64,000 bases of DNA from the NCBI GenBank assembly GCA_963663895.2, contig CAXXRD010000002.1:704001-768000 (forward strand), written 5' to 3'. How positions within the stretch are numbered: the stretch's first letter is position 1; each line of letters starts with the position of its first letter. The DNA is from Dehalococcoidia bacterium (GTDB taxonomy: Bacteria > Chloroflexota > Dehalococcoidia > Bin125). The notes below the pieces were generated by a model that saw only the letters and a program-made list of their open reading frames with translations, ran no database searches and had not been told where the DNA came from. The position numbers were made by a program, and so were the translations under genes. Positions 28,054 through 36,859 of the stretch are shown in pieces.

Positions 28054-30215
28054 TCGTCGTCCCAGTCTTCGTCCAGAAGTGTATCCGCGTCCGGCGCGCC
28101 GGCCTCACTGGCATAGCGCGCGAGTTCGCGCCGCAAATGGACGGCGTGGCCGGCGAGGCCGGCAAGGTAGACGCGATCCGGCGTGATCCTTGCCCAGATG
28201 CGACGTCTCGGCACAAAGAACGTCGTCGCAAGCCCGAGGATGCCCAGGCCGATCGCGATCCAAAAGATCAGCGCGCCCGGATCGCGGCGCACGGTCAGGC
28301 CCGTGAACTCGCGCGCGCCCACGAACGCGTACTCGTAGTTGCCGACCACGGCGCTCTCGCCTTCGCGCAGATCGAGGCGCGGAATGCCGCCCCCTAAGCC
28401 GATCGCCAATCGCGCGGGCAATGCCGCCTCGCTGCCCGTACTTCCGGCGGTCGTGCTCGCTACGGCCGTCGTCTGCGCGAGCTCGACACCCTCGCCCCCC
28501 CGCGCATCAAAGGTCGAAGCGGTCCGACCCTGGCCGAATCGCTCCAGCAAGAGTAGCGTCTCGCCAGCCGCGCCGGGAACTCCGTCGCCGGTCGCGAAGT
28601 AGACCGGCTCAGCGCCGAGGTAGGTCAGTTCGATCCCTCCGATCCGCTGACTCTCGCCCGGAGCTAAGTGGCCCTGCACGCTCAGGTCCGGTTCGGCGCG
28701 CACATACTCCAGTTCGAAGGCGCCCAGCACCGCGCGGCCGCCAGGTTCCAGCAACCCGCGCTGCGTCGCCTCGCGCTCACTGAAGTAGAAGAAGCGTGAC
28801 TCGCCCCCTCCCTCCTCAAAGCCGACTGCCAACGTCTCCTCATCGGTTAGTGGGAGAAAGCCCACACGGGCGACCGTGCGCCCCTCCGGGGAGACCTCCG
28901 AGAGCGTGACGACGTCCTCCGCGAGGAGGCGGCCGCTGGCCGCGTCGTAGATCCGGAGCCGCGGAGCGGACGGGGGCGGCTCGAAAAGGCGCAACTCCGA
29001 CGCCGTCAGCGCCGGGGCGCTGCCAGTGGCGCCCGCCGCCGGCAGCGCGAGGCGGCTGTAGTAGAACCTGGAACCTCCTTCGGGGTCGCGCAGCAGCAGC
29101 AATGCGAGGCTCGTCCCTTCGCCCAAGGGAATGAGTTGGTAGCCACTATCGGGCATATCCGCCACTGCCTGCGGCAGATGGATCACCTCCTCGGCGAACA
29201 CGGCGCCCGTCTCCAAGTTCGTAATGCGGACGCGCGGACCAAAAAACTGCTGGTCCAGCAGAAGCGTTTCAGAGTAGAGGAGCTGGCCGGAGCCGGCGGC
29301 GCGCACTTGGAGCGCGGCGCCATGCTCCCAATAGGCCGCCTGATGCACACGGAAGCCGCCAGCAGCGAGCGGCCCGTTCACCGTCACTTCACCGATCGCG
29401 ATCTCTTCGCCCGCGCGAGTGACGCGAACGGCGCTGCGAAAGTCCAGCGCCTGGCCCTCGTCGTTAAAGCGCGCGACCACGTCATCGACGATCACCAGCA
29501 TCTGCTGCCGCTCGCCGCCCGTGCCGAAGAGCGGCCGGCTCTGGCCCTCTCCCACCCAGAATTGGAACTCTTCTCCTCCGAACTTCGTCAGGAGCGTGCC
29601 CAATACCAGCAGCAGCAAGGCAAGGTGGGAAACGAACGTGGCGAACTGCGCCCAGCCGAAGCGGTCCGCGAAAAGGTACAGCGCCCCGTCACGACGCTCG
29701 GCCTGCACGCGGAACCGATGCCGGCGCAACACCGCCGCCAGCGCGCCCGCGTCCGGCGGCGCGGCAAAATCGACGCGGTGCCGGGCGCGCTCAAAATAGC
29801 GGTCGGGTACCCGCCGCTGCGGGCGGCGCACAAATCGATAGATCGGCGGGAACCGGCTGACGGTGCAAACCGTGATCGCGAGAGCCAGCAGTGCGACGAG
29901 CGCATACCAGTACGGCTGGCTGAAGAGATTAAACACCCCGCCGTTGGCGTCGTAGAACCAGGGGAACTCGGCGAGCGGGTCGGTGAGGGGCCCCCACGTG
30001 CCGCGCTGCTCGTCGACGAACTGGTCGACCGCAACCCGCTCGCCCGCCAGTTGCGGCGGGACCTGGGGGATGACGACGCCGGCGAGCGCGAAGAGCGCGG
30101 CGAGGCCGATCAGCACCAGCGCGAACCGCACCGAGGTGAGCTTGCGCCAGACCCAATAGACCGGGTCCGGGTAGTCTTCGCGTCGGCGTCGGCGCGCGGG
30201 GCTCGCTGGGGTCAT
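28050..30215 (-). CDS. cytochrome c biogenesis protein ResB/CcsB with large extracytoplasmic insertions
   Basis: LTSVRFALVL..GVVIPQ, HLALLLLV, VNGPL, TGLTVRRDPG...PRRRIW. Confidence 0.85.
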   Translation of the reverse strand: MTPASPARRRRREDYPDPVYWVWRKLTSVRFALVLIGLAALFALAGVVIPQVPPQLAGERVAVDQFVDEQRGTWGPLTDPLAEFPWFYDANGGVFNLFSQPYWYALVALLALAITVCTVSRFPPIYRFVRRPQRRVPDRYFERARHRVDFAAPPDAGALAAVLRRHRFRVQAERRDGALYLFADRFGWAQFATFVSHLALLLLVLGTLLTKFGGEEFQFWVGEGQSRPLFGTGGERQQMLVIVDDVVARFNDEGQALDFRSAVRVTRAGEEIAIGEVTVNGPLAAGGFRVHQAAYWEHGAALQVRAAGSGQLLYSETLLLDQQFFGPRVRITNLETGAVFAEEVIHLPQAVADMPDSGYQLIPLGEGTSLALLLLRDPEGGSRFYYSRLALPAAGATGSAPALTASELRLFEPPPSAPRLRIYDAASGRLLAEDVVTLSEVSPEGRTVARVGFLPLTDEETLAVGFEEGGGESRFFYFSEREATQRGLLEPGGRAVLGAFELEYVRAEPDLSVQGHLAPGESQRIGGIELTYLGAEPVYFATGDGVPGAAGETLLLLERFGQGRTASTFDARGGEGVELAQTTAVASTTAGSTGSEAALPARLAIGLGGGIPRLDLREGESAVVGNYEYAFVGAREFTGLTVRRDPGALIFWIAIGLGILGLATTFFVPRRRIWARITPDRVYLAGLAGHAVHLRRELARYASEAGAPDADTLLDEDWDDE

Positions 30216-30278
30216 CTACCTGGCGTCACTCCGCTCCGGCCACGATAGCGCACGGCTCTGCCGGCCGATCGGAAGGGG

Positions 30279-31121
30279 CTAGCCGTCGAGACCGAACGCC
30301 TCAATGTAGAGCAGCCGCGCCTCCAGAGGCGGCTGCCCTTCACCGAGATAGGAATCCCCGATTCGAATCTCGAAGTGCAAATGGAAGTCGGTCTCCACGG
30401 GGTGGAGGCTGGTCGGAGATCCCGACTCACCCACGAAACCGATGATGTCCCCGGCTCCAACGGGGTCACCCATCTCGATCCCCGCAGCAATCGCACTGAG
30501 GTGCGCGTAGCGCGTGACGACGCCGGCACCGTGGTCGATCCATACTTGGCGACCGCGAAACAGGTCCAGCACCTCTTCCCCTTGAAAGCCGGCGGCTTCG
30601 GCCGCCGCGTACTCAGCCTGTGTCAGTTCGGTGTAGTCGAGATCCGCTCGGACGATCACGCCGTCCTTGGCCGCGATCACCACGCTCCCCAGGCCCAAGG
30701 GGACGCAGCTCGCAAACTCGTAAAAGTCGAGCCCCTCGTGGATGCCGTTGCGGTATGCGCGGAGCGCGCCGGCCTGATGGCCTTCGAACTCCGAAATGCA
30801 CGCGTCGGGAATGGGAACGGTAAAGCCGGTCAGCACCGGCTCGGCCAGCGGCGGTGCGATATCTTGCGCCGTCTCCGCAGCATCGCCGTCCCCTATCGCC
30901 GGAGTGGTGCCGTCACCGGGAGGAGTTTCCGGGGGAGAGGCGAATTCGCCGTTGGTCGTGTCTATAGGCTGCGAAGAGTCGCTGGCGGGCGCCGCTTCGG
31001 CCGCGGGAGGAGGGGCAGACGCCGACGTTGCCGGGGAGGCGTTGGGATCTTCGGCGTCGCCACCGTCCCCGTTGAGCCCGAACGCGAGGCCGACCGCGAG
31101 CATGAAAACCACCGCCGCCAA
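30279..31121 (-). CDS. M23 family metallopeptidase
   Basis: HEGLDF, TRYAHL, VGESG, HLHFEIR; N-terminal hydrophobic segment; start uncertain. Confidence 0.9.
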   Translation of the reverse strand: MAAVVFMLAVGLAFGLNGDGGDAEDPNASPATSASAPPPAAEAAPASDSSQPIDTTNGEFASPPETPPGDGTTPAIGDGDAAETAQDIAPPLAEPVLTGFTVPIPDACISEFEGHQAGALRAYRNGIHEGLDFYEFASCVPLGLGSVVIAAKDGVIVRADLDYTELTQAEYAAAEAAGFQGEEVLDLFRGRQVWIDHGAGVVTRYAHLSAIAAGIEMGDPVGAGDIIGFVGESGSPTSLHPVETDFHLHFEIRIGDSYLGEGQPPLEARLLYIEAFGLDG

Positions 31122-31292
31122 CCCCGCCCAAAAAAGCGGCGTGCCAGGCAGCCACGACCCAGCGTGCTCCCTGCCCGCGAGCGCGCCTTTGCGTGGCGAA
31201 AGCCGGACCGAATTGCGCGTGCCGTCGCGACGAGGCGAGGTGATGGCGAACCCTCCGGCCCCCCGCCAGAGGCCTGCCGGTACTGCTCGATC

Positions 31293-32036
31293 TCAGCGCC
31301 GCCCCCGCAAGCTGCGGTGCAGTGTCTCGGCGTGAGCCCGCATCTCCGCAGCGTCGCTGAGCGGCACGAGTTCATTTTCGCCGTAGCGACGCTGTAATGC
31401 TAGTTGCAAGAGACGATCGGCGAAGCGCGGGTTCTTGGGAAGCAGGGCCCCGTGCAGATAGGTACCAAAGGCATTGCGAATGCGCGCCCCCTCCCAGCCG
31501 TCGCCGCCGTTATTGCCGAAGCCCACGACGACCTCGGCCAGCGGGATCGTGCCCTCGTTCAGATAGGAGCGTCCACCGTGATTCTCGAAGCCCACCAACG
31601 TGTCGCCCTCCCATAAGGCCACGACGTTGCCCACGCAGCGTTGGATCCTCGGGCCGGGATGAATCGACACCATGTCGAACACGCCCGCCCCCTGCAGCAC
31701 GTCGCCGCGGTTGTCGCGATAGCTCTGCCCAAAGAGCTGATAGCCGCCACAGACGGCGAGGATCACGCCGTCCGCGTCCCGAAAGTCCTGCAGCGCCCCA
31801 CTGCGCGCGTGCAGATCGTCCTGGACACGGCGTTGCTCACGATCCTGCCCACCACCGATCAGAACGATGTCGGTTTCGTCCGGCGCCCAGCCGTCGCCGA
31901 TCTCGATGGAGTCCACCGCCAGATCAACGGCGCGGGCGGCGGCGCGGGCCTGCAACGCCATGACGTTGCCGCGATCGCCGTACAGGTTCATCACTCGCGG
32001 GTAGAGCACGGCAACGCGCAGCCGGCGGCGCGCCAT
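31293..32036 (-). CDS. gatD: lipid II isoglutaminyl synthase glutaminase subunit (CobQ-like GATase)
   Basis: LYPRVMNLYGDRGN, GGGQDREQ, CGGYQL, GFENHGG, YLHG..LPKNP. Confidence 0.92.
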   Translation of the reverse strand: MARRRLRVAVLYPRVMNLYGDRGNVMALQARAAARAVDLAVDSIEIGDGWAPDETDIVLIGGGQDREQRRVQDDLHARSGALQDFRDADGVILAVCGGYQLFGQSYRDNRGDVLQGAGVFDMVSIHPGPRIQRCVGNVVALWEGDTLVGFENHGGRSYLNEGTIPLAEVVVGFGNNGGDGWEGARIRNAFGTYLHGALLPKNPRFADRLLQLALQRRYGENELVPLSDAAEMRAHAETLHRSLRGRR

Positions 32037-33418
32037 CACGCTTCCTCCCATATCGGCGGCGCGCCCGCGCGTTCGCTCAAGCGGGCGCGCACATCGAGCA
32101 AGGCTGTGTAGGTGGGCAACACGGTGAGTTCGGCGCCGTCCGGCAATCCCGCCAGCGCCCGGTCCAGTGCGCGCTCGATATCGGCGTGCCGTGCGCGCGG
32201 CACGGGGAACCCCGCGTACTCCAAGCGCAGCGCCATATCCGCTGCGCGGCTCCCGCCGACGACGACGCTCTCGACGCGCGGGGCCAGCGCCTCCCACTCC
32301 GTGTCCCAGATCCACGAGACGTCCCTGCCATCGGCCAGACCATCGTTGAGCAAGACCAGGAGATGGAGCGCGTCATCGCGGCCCTGGAGCGTGCGGAGCG
32401 CTTCGTTCAGGCCTGCCGGATTCTTGCCGAGCAGGATCCGCACCACGTGTCCGTCGCTGTTGAGACATTCCTGCCGCCCGAACGCGGCGCGCGCGCCAGC
32501 GAGCGCCGGCGTGATGCTGCCCAAGTCGGCTCCGAGCACGCTCGCAGCGGTCGCGGCGGCGAGCGCATTATAGACGTTGTAGAGGCCCGCAAGCGGCAAG
32601 CCGACCTGGGTGCTCGCCTCGCCCATCTCCAGCAAGAACGTAACGCCATCGGCCGACTGTGCGACCGCACGTGCGCGCACCTCCGGATCGGGCCGGCAGC
32701 GTCCGTCATCCCCGTAGCGCCAATGCCCGAGATGCGCGTAGAAGAGGCGGTCGTAAACAAACTCGGCGCCCGTCTCGGGATGCCAGTGCGCCTCGGCCGC
32801 ATGATCGTCAACGGATTCGAGCTCATCATCGATCCCGAAGAAGCACACAGGGCCGCGCGCGTCATCGGCGAGCGTGGCGACCAAGGGATCATCCGCGTTG
32901 AGCGCGACCGTCGTGGCGGCGGGCAGTGAGCGGATCGCGTGCTGCCAGCGCTCGCGGATCGCATCGATCTCCCCATAGCGATCCAGTTGATCGCGGAGAA
33001 GATTGTTGATCACCAGCACCTGCGGTGGCGTGGCGGCCGCGGCGCTGGGCAGCGTCGCCTCATCGACCTCGAAGACGCCGACGGCCGACCGCGGCAATCT
33101 TCCGTCCTTCCCCGCCGCCTCGACCAGCGCGGCGGTCAATCCGCGTATCAGGTTCGAGCCGGCCCGGTTGTGGACAACGGCCCGGCCAGCCTCCTGCAGG
33201 ATGCTCGCCAGCAAGCGGGCGGTCGTGGTCTTGCCGTTGGTGCCGGTGATCAAGACGCTGCATTCGAGTTGTGCGCCAAGGGCTCGGATGAGATCCGGAT
33301 CGACGCGCTCCGCCACGAGTCCGGGGAGCGCCGTGCCGCCGTGTCCGAGCCGCCGCGCCGCGGCGCGCGCAGTCTTACCCGCCAACAGCGCGGCCCGTGT
33401 GCGCCCCGTGCGGATCAT
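32036..33418 (-). CDS. murT: MurT ligase (Mur ligase plus DUF1727)
   Basis: GGTALPG, TGTNGKTTT, FEVDE, RDQLDRYGE, KNPAG, DGRDVSWIWD, TYTA. Confidence 0.92.
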   Translation of the reverse strand: MIRTGRTRAALLAGKTARAAARRLGHGGTALPGLVAERVDPDLIRALGAQLECSVLITGTNGKTTTARLLASILQEAGRAVVHNRAGSNLIRGLTAALVEAAGKDGRLPRSAVGVFEVDEATLPSAAAATPPQVLVINNLLRDQLDRYGEIDAIRERWQHAIRSLPAATTVALNADDPLVATLADDARGPVCFFGIDDELESVDDHAAEAHWHPETGAEFVYDRLFYAHLGHWRYGDDGRCRPDPEVRARAVAQSADGVTFLLEMGEASTQVGLPLAGLYNVYNALAAATAASVLGADLGSITPALAGARAAFGRQECLNSDGHVVRILLGKNPAGLNEALRTLQGRDDALHLLVLLNDGLADGRDVSWIWDTEWEALAPRVESVVVGGSRAADMALRLEYAGFPVPRARHADIERALDRALAGLPDGAELTVLPTYTALLDVRARLSERAGAPPIWEEA

Positions 33419-33428
33419 GTCCCGCGCG

Positions 33429-34592
33429 CTAGCCGGCAGGCCGGGGAGCGGGGGGCTTGCCCCCAAAGGCGCCGACGACCTGCTCCAGCCCGATCAGACC
33501 GAGCAAGCGGCCGTCCTCCACCACGGGAAGCACGCGGACGCCCTCGCTCTGCAGGCGGGTGAGCGCCTCGACGCCCGTCGCGGTCGGTGCGATCGGCGCC
33601 GCGTTTTCCGCCGCCACCATCACGTCCATGATGGTCGACTCGCGGAAGCGCTCCGCATCCATCATGCGGAGCAAGTGGCCGGTGACGATGCCGACAACCA
33701 CCTCGTCGCGAACGGCGATGTACACCGCACTGGGATCGATTGAGCCGGGGCCCGAGGCGATCCAGCGCAGCGAGCAGTCCGCCTCGACCCGTCGCAACTC
33801 CGTGGACATCAAGTCACGGACGCGGACGCCACCGAGGTTGCGCTCCAAGCGCATGCTGCGGAGCGCGCCGCTGGAGGCGTTAAAGAGGAAGGCGCCGATC
33901 AGAATAAGCCAGAGGCTGCCGAACTGAGAGCGCTCAAAGCCCAGATCGATATCGAGCAAGCCCAACAGGCCGAAGCCCGCGATCGCGATCGCGATCCCTT
34001 GGCCCAGCCGGCTGGCCGCCGCCGTCGCGGTCATGCGCGATCCAGTTAACCCCCACACGATCGACCGGAAGACACGCCCGCCGTCCATCGGGAAGCCGGG
34101 GACCATGTTGAACGCGGCGACGACGAAATTCATAAAGCCAAGCCAGCGCAGCATCGCGTCGACGGGAGAGTGGCCTTGCCCTGTCGCGAACCAGATGCCG
34201 AACAGCGCGCCACCGATCAGCGCGCTGCTCAACGGGCCCACGACCGCAATCAGGAACTCTGGGAGGGGGCGCTCCGACTCGCGGGCGATCTGGGAAACCC
34301 CCCCTAATGCGAAGAGCGTGATATTGCGCACGGGCAGCCCGTGGACCTTGGCCACGAGGCTGTGCGCCAGTTCATGGAGCAGGATCGAGACGAAGAAAAA
34401 GATGGCGCTCACGACCGCCAAGACCCACACGGTGGCGTTCGAGGGCCTCGGCTCGATCATGGCCGGGAAAATCCCGTCGGCGGTGCCCAGCACGATCGTG
34501 ACGAAAACCAACACGATGAAGAACGTCAGATGCAGGATGATCGGTATCCCGAAGATCCGCGCGATCTGGACGCCACCGGAGCTAAAGCCCAT
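33429..34592 (-). CDS. site-2 (M50) zinc protease with CBS domains
   Basis: HELAH, FNMVPGFPMDGGR, C-terminal CBS pair. Confidence 0.92.
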   Translation of the reverse strand: MGFSSGGVQIARIFGIPIILHLTFFIVLVFVTIVLGTADGIFPAMIEPRPSNATVWVLAVVSAIFFFVSILLHELAHSLVAKVHGLPVRNITLFALGGVSQIARESERPLPEFLIAVVGPLSSALIGGALFGIWFATGQGHSPVDAMLRWLGFMNFVVAAFNMVPGFPMDGGRVFRSIVWGLTGSRMTATAAASRLGQGIAIAIAGFGLLGLLDIDLGFERSQFGSLWLILIGAFLFNASSGALRSMRLERNLGGVRVRDLMSTELRRVEADCSLRWIASGPGSIDPSAVYIAVRDEVVVGIVTGHLLRMMDAERFRESTIMDVMVAAENAAPIAPTATGVEALTRLQSEGVRVLPVVEDGRLLGLIGLEQVVGAFGGKPPAPRPAG

Positions 34593-34948
34593 GTCGGCAG
34601 CCTTTCTGCTCCTCATTGTACGCGTGGCCTCCACCGGCTGTTCCCGGCCGGGCGCCCAACGTGCCGGCGCGCGCCAGCGGTGGCCATCGGGGGCTGATCT
34701 CGACGGGTGATCTCCCGGCACGCGCCGGAAGCGCAGGCCGGGACACGGGTGGACCCCGCGCGACCGCCCGGCTCCGTCAGCGGCCGGCGATCAAGGAGCG
34801 TTCAAGGAGAAGGGATCAAGGAGAAGGATCGTGTCTTGCGCCGAATGCGGCGCCGTTCCTCCGCCACGATTGCCGCCTCGAAGCGCGGGCGCGAGGGCTG
34901 GCTCCCCCACCCTCCACCGCCCCAGCGTCGTCGGGAGGGGAACAGCGC

Positions 34949-34976
34949 AACAGCCCGCCGCGCGCGACGGGCTGTT
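34949..34976 (-). terminator. hairpin terminator candidate downstream of the tatA pair
   Basis: AACAGCCCGUCG-CGCG-CGGCGGGCUGUU 12-bp stem on the minus strand. Confidence 0.55.
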
Positions 34977-35003
34977 TCTGCGGCGGCAGCTTACGCGAAG
35001 CGG

Positions 35004-35231
35004 CTACGCCTTCTCCTCGGAGGACGCGGCACTCGCTTGCTGGACGGCGGTCTCTTCGCCTTCCTCGCCCTCTTGGCCAGGCTTGCGCGCCTCCTGCCGG
35101 AACTCGCGGACGCCGGTGCCAAGCGCCTTACCCACACCCGCGAGCCTTCCCGCCCCGAAGATCACCAGAACCACGACGATGATCCCAACGATCTCGGGCC
35201 AGCCGATCGCTGCGAGAGTAATCCCATCCAT
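35004..35231 (-). CDS. tatA: twin-arginine translocase subunit TatA (copy 2)
   Basis: IGWPEIVGIIVVVLVIFGAGRLAGVGKALGTGVREFR. Confidence 0.93.
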   Translation of the reverse strand: MDGITLAAIGWPEIVGIIVVVLVIFGAGRLAGVGKALGTGVREFRQEARKPGQEGEEGEETAVQQASAASSEEKA

Positions 35232-35467
35232 CTGCCGACTCCTTCAGATCCCGTCTGGCGGGTGCGTCCTATGCCCGGGGTTCCGCAGGCTGATCCGCGG
35301 AGGCCGCGACCTCGTCCATCTCACCCTCTTGGCCGGGTTTGCGCGCCTCCTGCCGGAACTCGCGGACGCCGGTGCCAAGCGCCTTGCCCACGCCCGCGAG
35401 CCTTCCCGCCCCGAAGATCACCAGAACCACGACGATGATCCCAACGATCTCGGGCGCGCCGATCGCT
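35068..35467. repeat. 144-nt near-identical direct repeat (35068-35211 and 35324-35467) forming the two tatA cores
   Basis: Manual alignment shows about 6 differences in 144 nt. Confidence 0.9.
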
Positions 35468-35478
35468 ACGAGGGGCAT
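35269..35478 (-). CDS. tatA: twin-arginine translocase subunit TatA (copy 1)
   Basis: IGAPEIVGIIVVVLVIFGAGRL...REFR. Confidence 0.93.
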   Translation of the reverse strand: MPLVAIGAPEIVGIIVVVLVIFGAGRLAGVGKALGTGVREFRQEARKPGQEGEMDEVAASADQPAEPRA

Positions 35479-35524
35479 AGGTTCTCGCTCCTGCTCCGCC
35501 GGCGGCTCGGGGTACGCCGACCGG

Positions 35525-35881
35525 TCATGTCAGGGTATCACGCAGCGGCCCGTCTCCCGAGTCGCCGGGCTCAAGGCGCTCCACGAAAACCCGCATGATG
35601 CCGCCGCAGATCTTATCCTCGCCCTCGGTGGGCTTGGTGAGGTCGACCGTTACCACGCGGGGCTGGCCGTCCTCCAAGATCGCCATCGCTTCCTGCCACA
35701 CTTCGGCCTCGCCGCAACCGCCGCCGATGGTGCCTACGAAAGAGCCGTCTTGCCGCACAGCCATCTTGGCTCCCACGCGCCGCGGCGTGCTACCACGTGT
35801 GTGCGCGACCGTCGCCAGCACGACGCGCTGCGTGGCAGCGAGCGCGGCGGAAACGCTGCGGTAGACCTCATCTGCCGGCAA
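35525..35881 (-). CDS. XdhC/CoxI N-terminal domain protein
   Basis: LATVAHTRGSTPRRVGAKM...GTIGGGCGE...ICGG; TTG start after GGAGG. Confidence 0.88.
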   Translation of the reverse strand: MPADEVYRSVSAALAATQRVVLATVAHTRGSTPRRVGAKMAVRQDGSFVGTIGGGCGEAEVWQEAMAILEDGQPRVVTVDLTKPTEGEDKICGGIMRVFVERLEPGDSGDGPLRDTLT

Positions 35882-35954
35882 GCGGGTCCCTCCAGCCACG
35901 TCGGTCCTGCCCGGTATGCAGGAAGCGTAGCTTACGCGGTACGCCGCCGCGCTG

Positions 35955-36827
35955 CTAGCGATCCGCCGGCGGGGCGTCCATGTCGGGCGGGCGCGTGTGC
36001 GTGCGCCCATGCTCCGACAGAGGCAGCGCCGAGCCTCCGCGACGGACCAAGACGATCTCGCTGAGGATGGCCAAGGCGATCTCCTCGGGCGTCTCGGCGC
36101 CGATGTCGAGGCCGATCGGCGTGAAAACGCTCGCGACCGCCTCGCCGTCAAATCCTTCGCGGCGCAAGTGCTCCAGCACCGTGCGCGTCCGGCGCTTGCT
36201 CCCGATCATCCCGACGTAGGCAGCGCCCCGGCCGACCACGCGCCGCAGGCTGGCTTCGTCCTGTTTGTGACCACGGGAGACCATGACCGCGTACGTGTTC
36301 GCGTCGACGGGGAAGCGCGCCACCTCGGCCGCAATATCCCCGCAGATCACGCGATCGGCGAACGGAAATCGATCCGCCGACGCGTACTCCTCCCGATCGT
36401 CGATCACCGCCACGCTCATGCCGAGCAGCGCCCCCATCTCGCCGAGGGCGCGGCCGACATGGCCGCCGCCGACGATCAGCAAAACGAAAGGCGGCGCCAC
36501 CACCTCGATGAGGATCTCCACCAACTCGCCCGTCGCGGCCAGCGCCCGCCGTCCCGAGAGCCGGCGCCCGTCGGGCGCGAAGGCCAGCGTCAGCGCCTCC
36601 CGCCGTCCGCCCGCGGCGCGCGCCGCCGCCACAATCCCCGTCTCGAGCGCGCCGCCGCCGAGGGAGCCCACGACGGTGCCGTCGACGCGGACGAGCAGCT
36701 TGTCGCCCGGCCGCGCGGCCAGGGCGGCGGGAGCGGTGATGACCGTGCACGAGACCACGGGCGGCCCGCTCTCGCTGGCGCGCAGCAACTCCGCCGCGAT
36801 ATCGGAACCGGAGAGTGGACCCGTCAT
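35955..36827 (-). CDS. XdhC/CoxF family molybdoenzyme accessory protein
   Basis: GSLGGG, IVGGGHVG, DDRE, YVGMIGSKRR, PIGLDIGAETPEEIA. Confidence 0.9.
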   Translation of the reverse strand: MTGPLSGSDIAAELLRASESGPPVVSCTVITAPAALAARPGDKLLVRVDGTVVGSLGGGALETGIVAAARAAGGRREALTLAFAPDGRRLSGRRALAATGELVEILIEVVAPPFVLLIVGGGHVGRALGEMGALLGMSVAVIDDREEYASADRFPFADRVICGDIAAEVARFPVDANTYAVMVSRGHKQDEASLRRVVGRGAAYVGMIGSKRRTRTVLEHLRREGFDGEAVASVFTPIGLDIGAETPEEIALAILSEIVLVRRGGSALPLSEHGRTHTRPPDMDAPPADR

Positions 36828-36859
36828 ACTAGCGCGAGCATAGCGCGCGCCGCCGTCCC

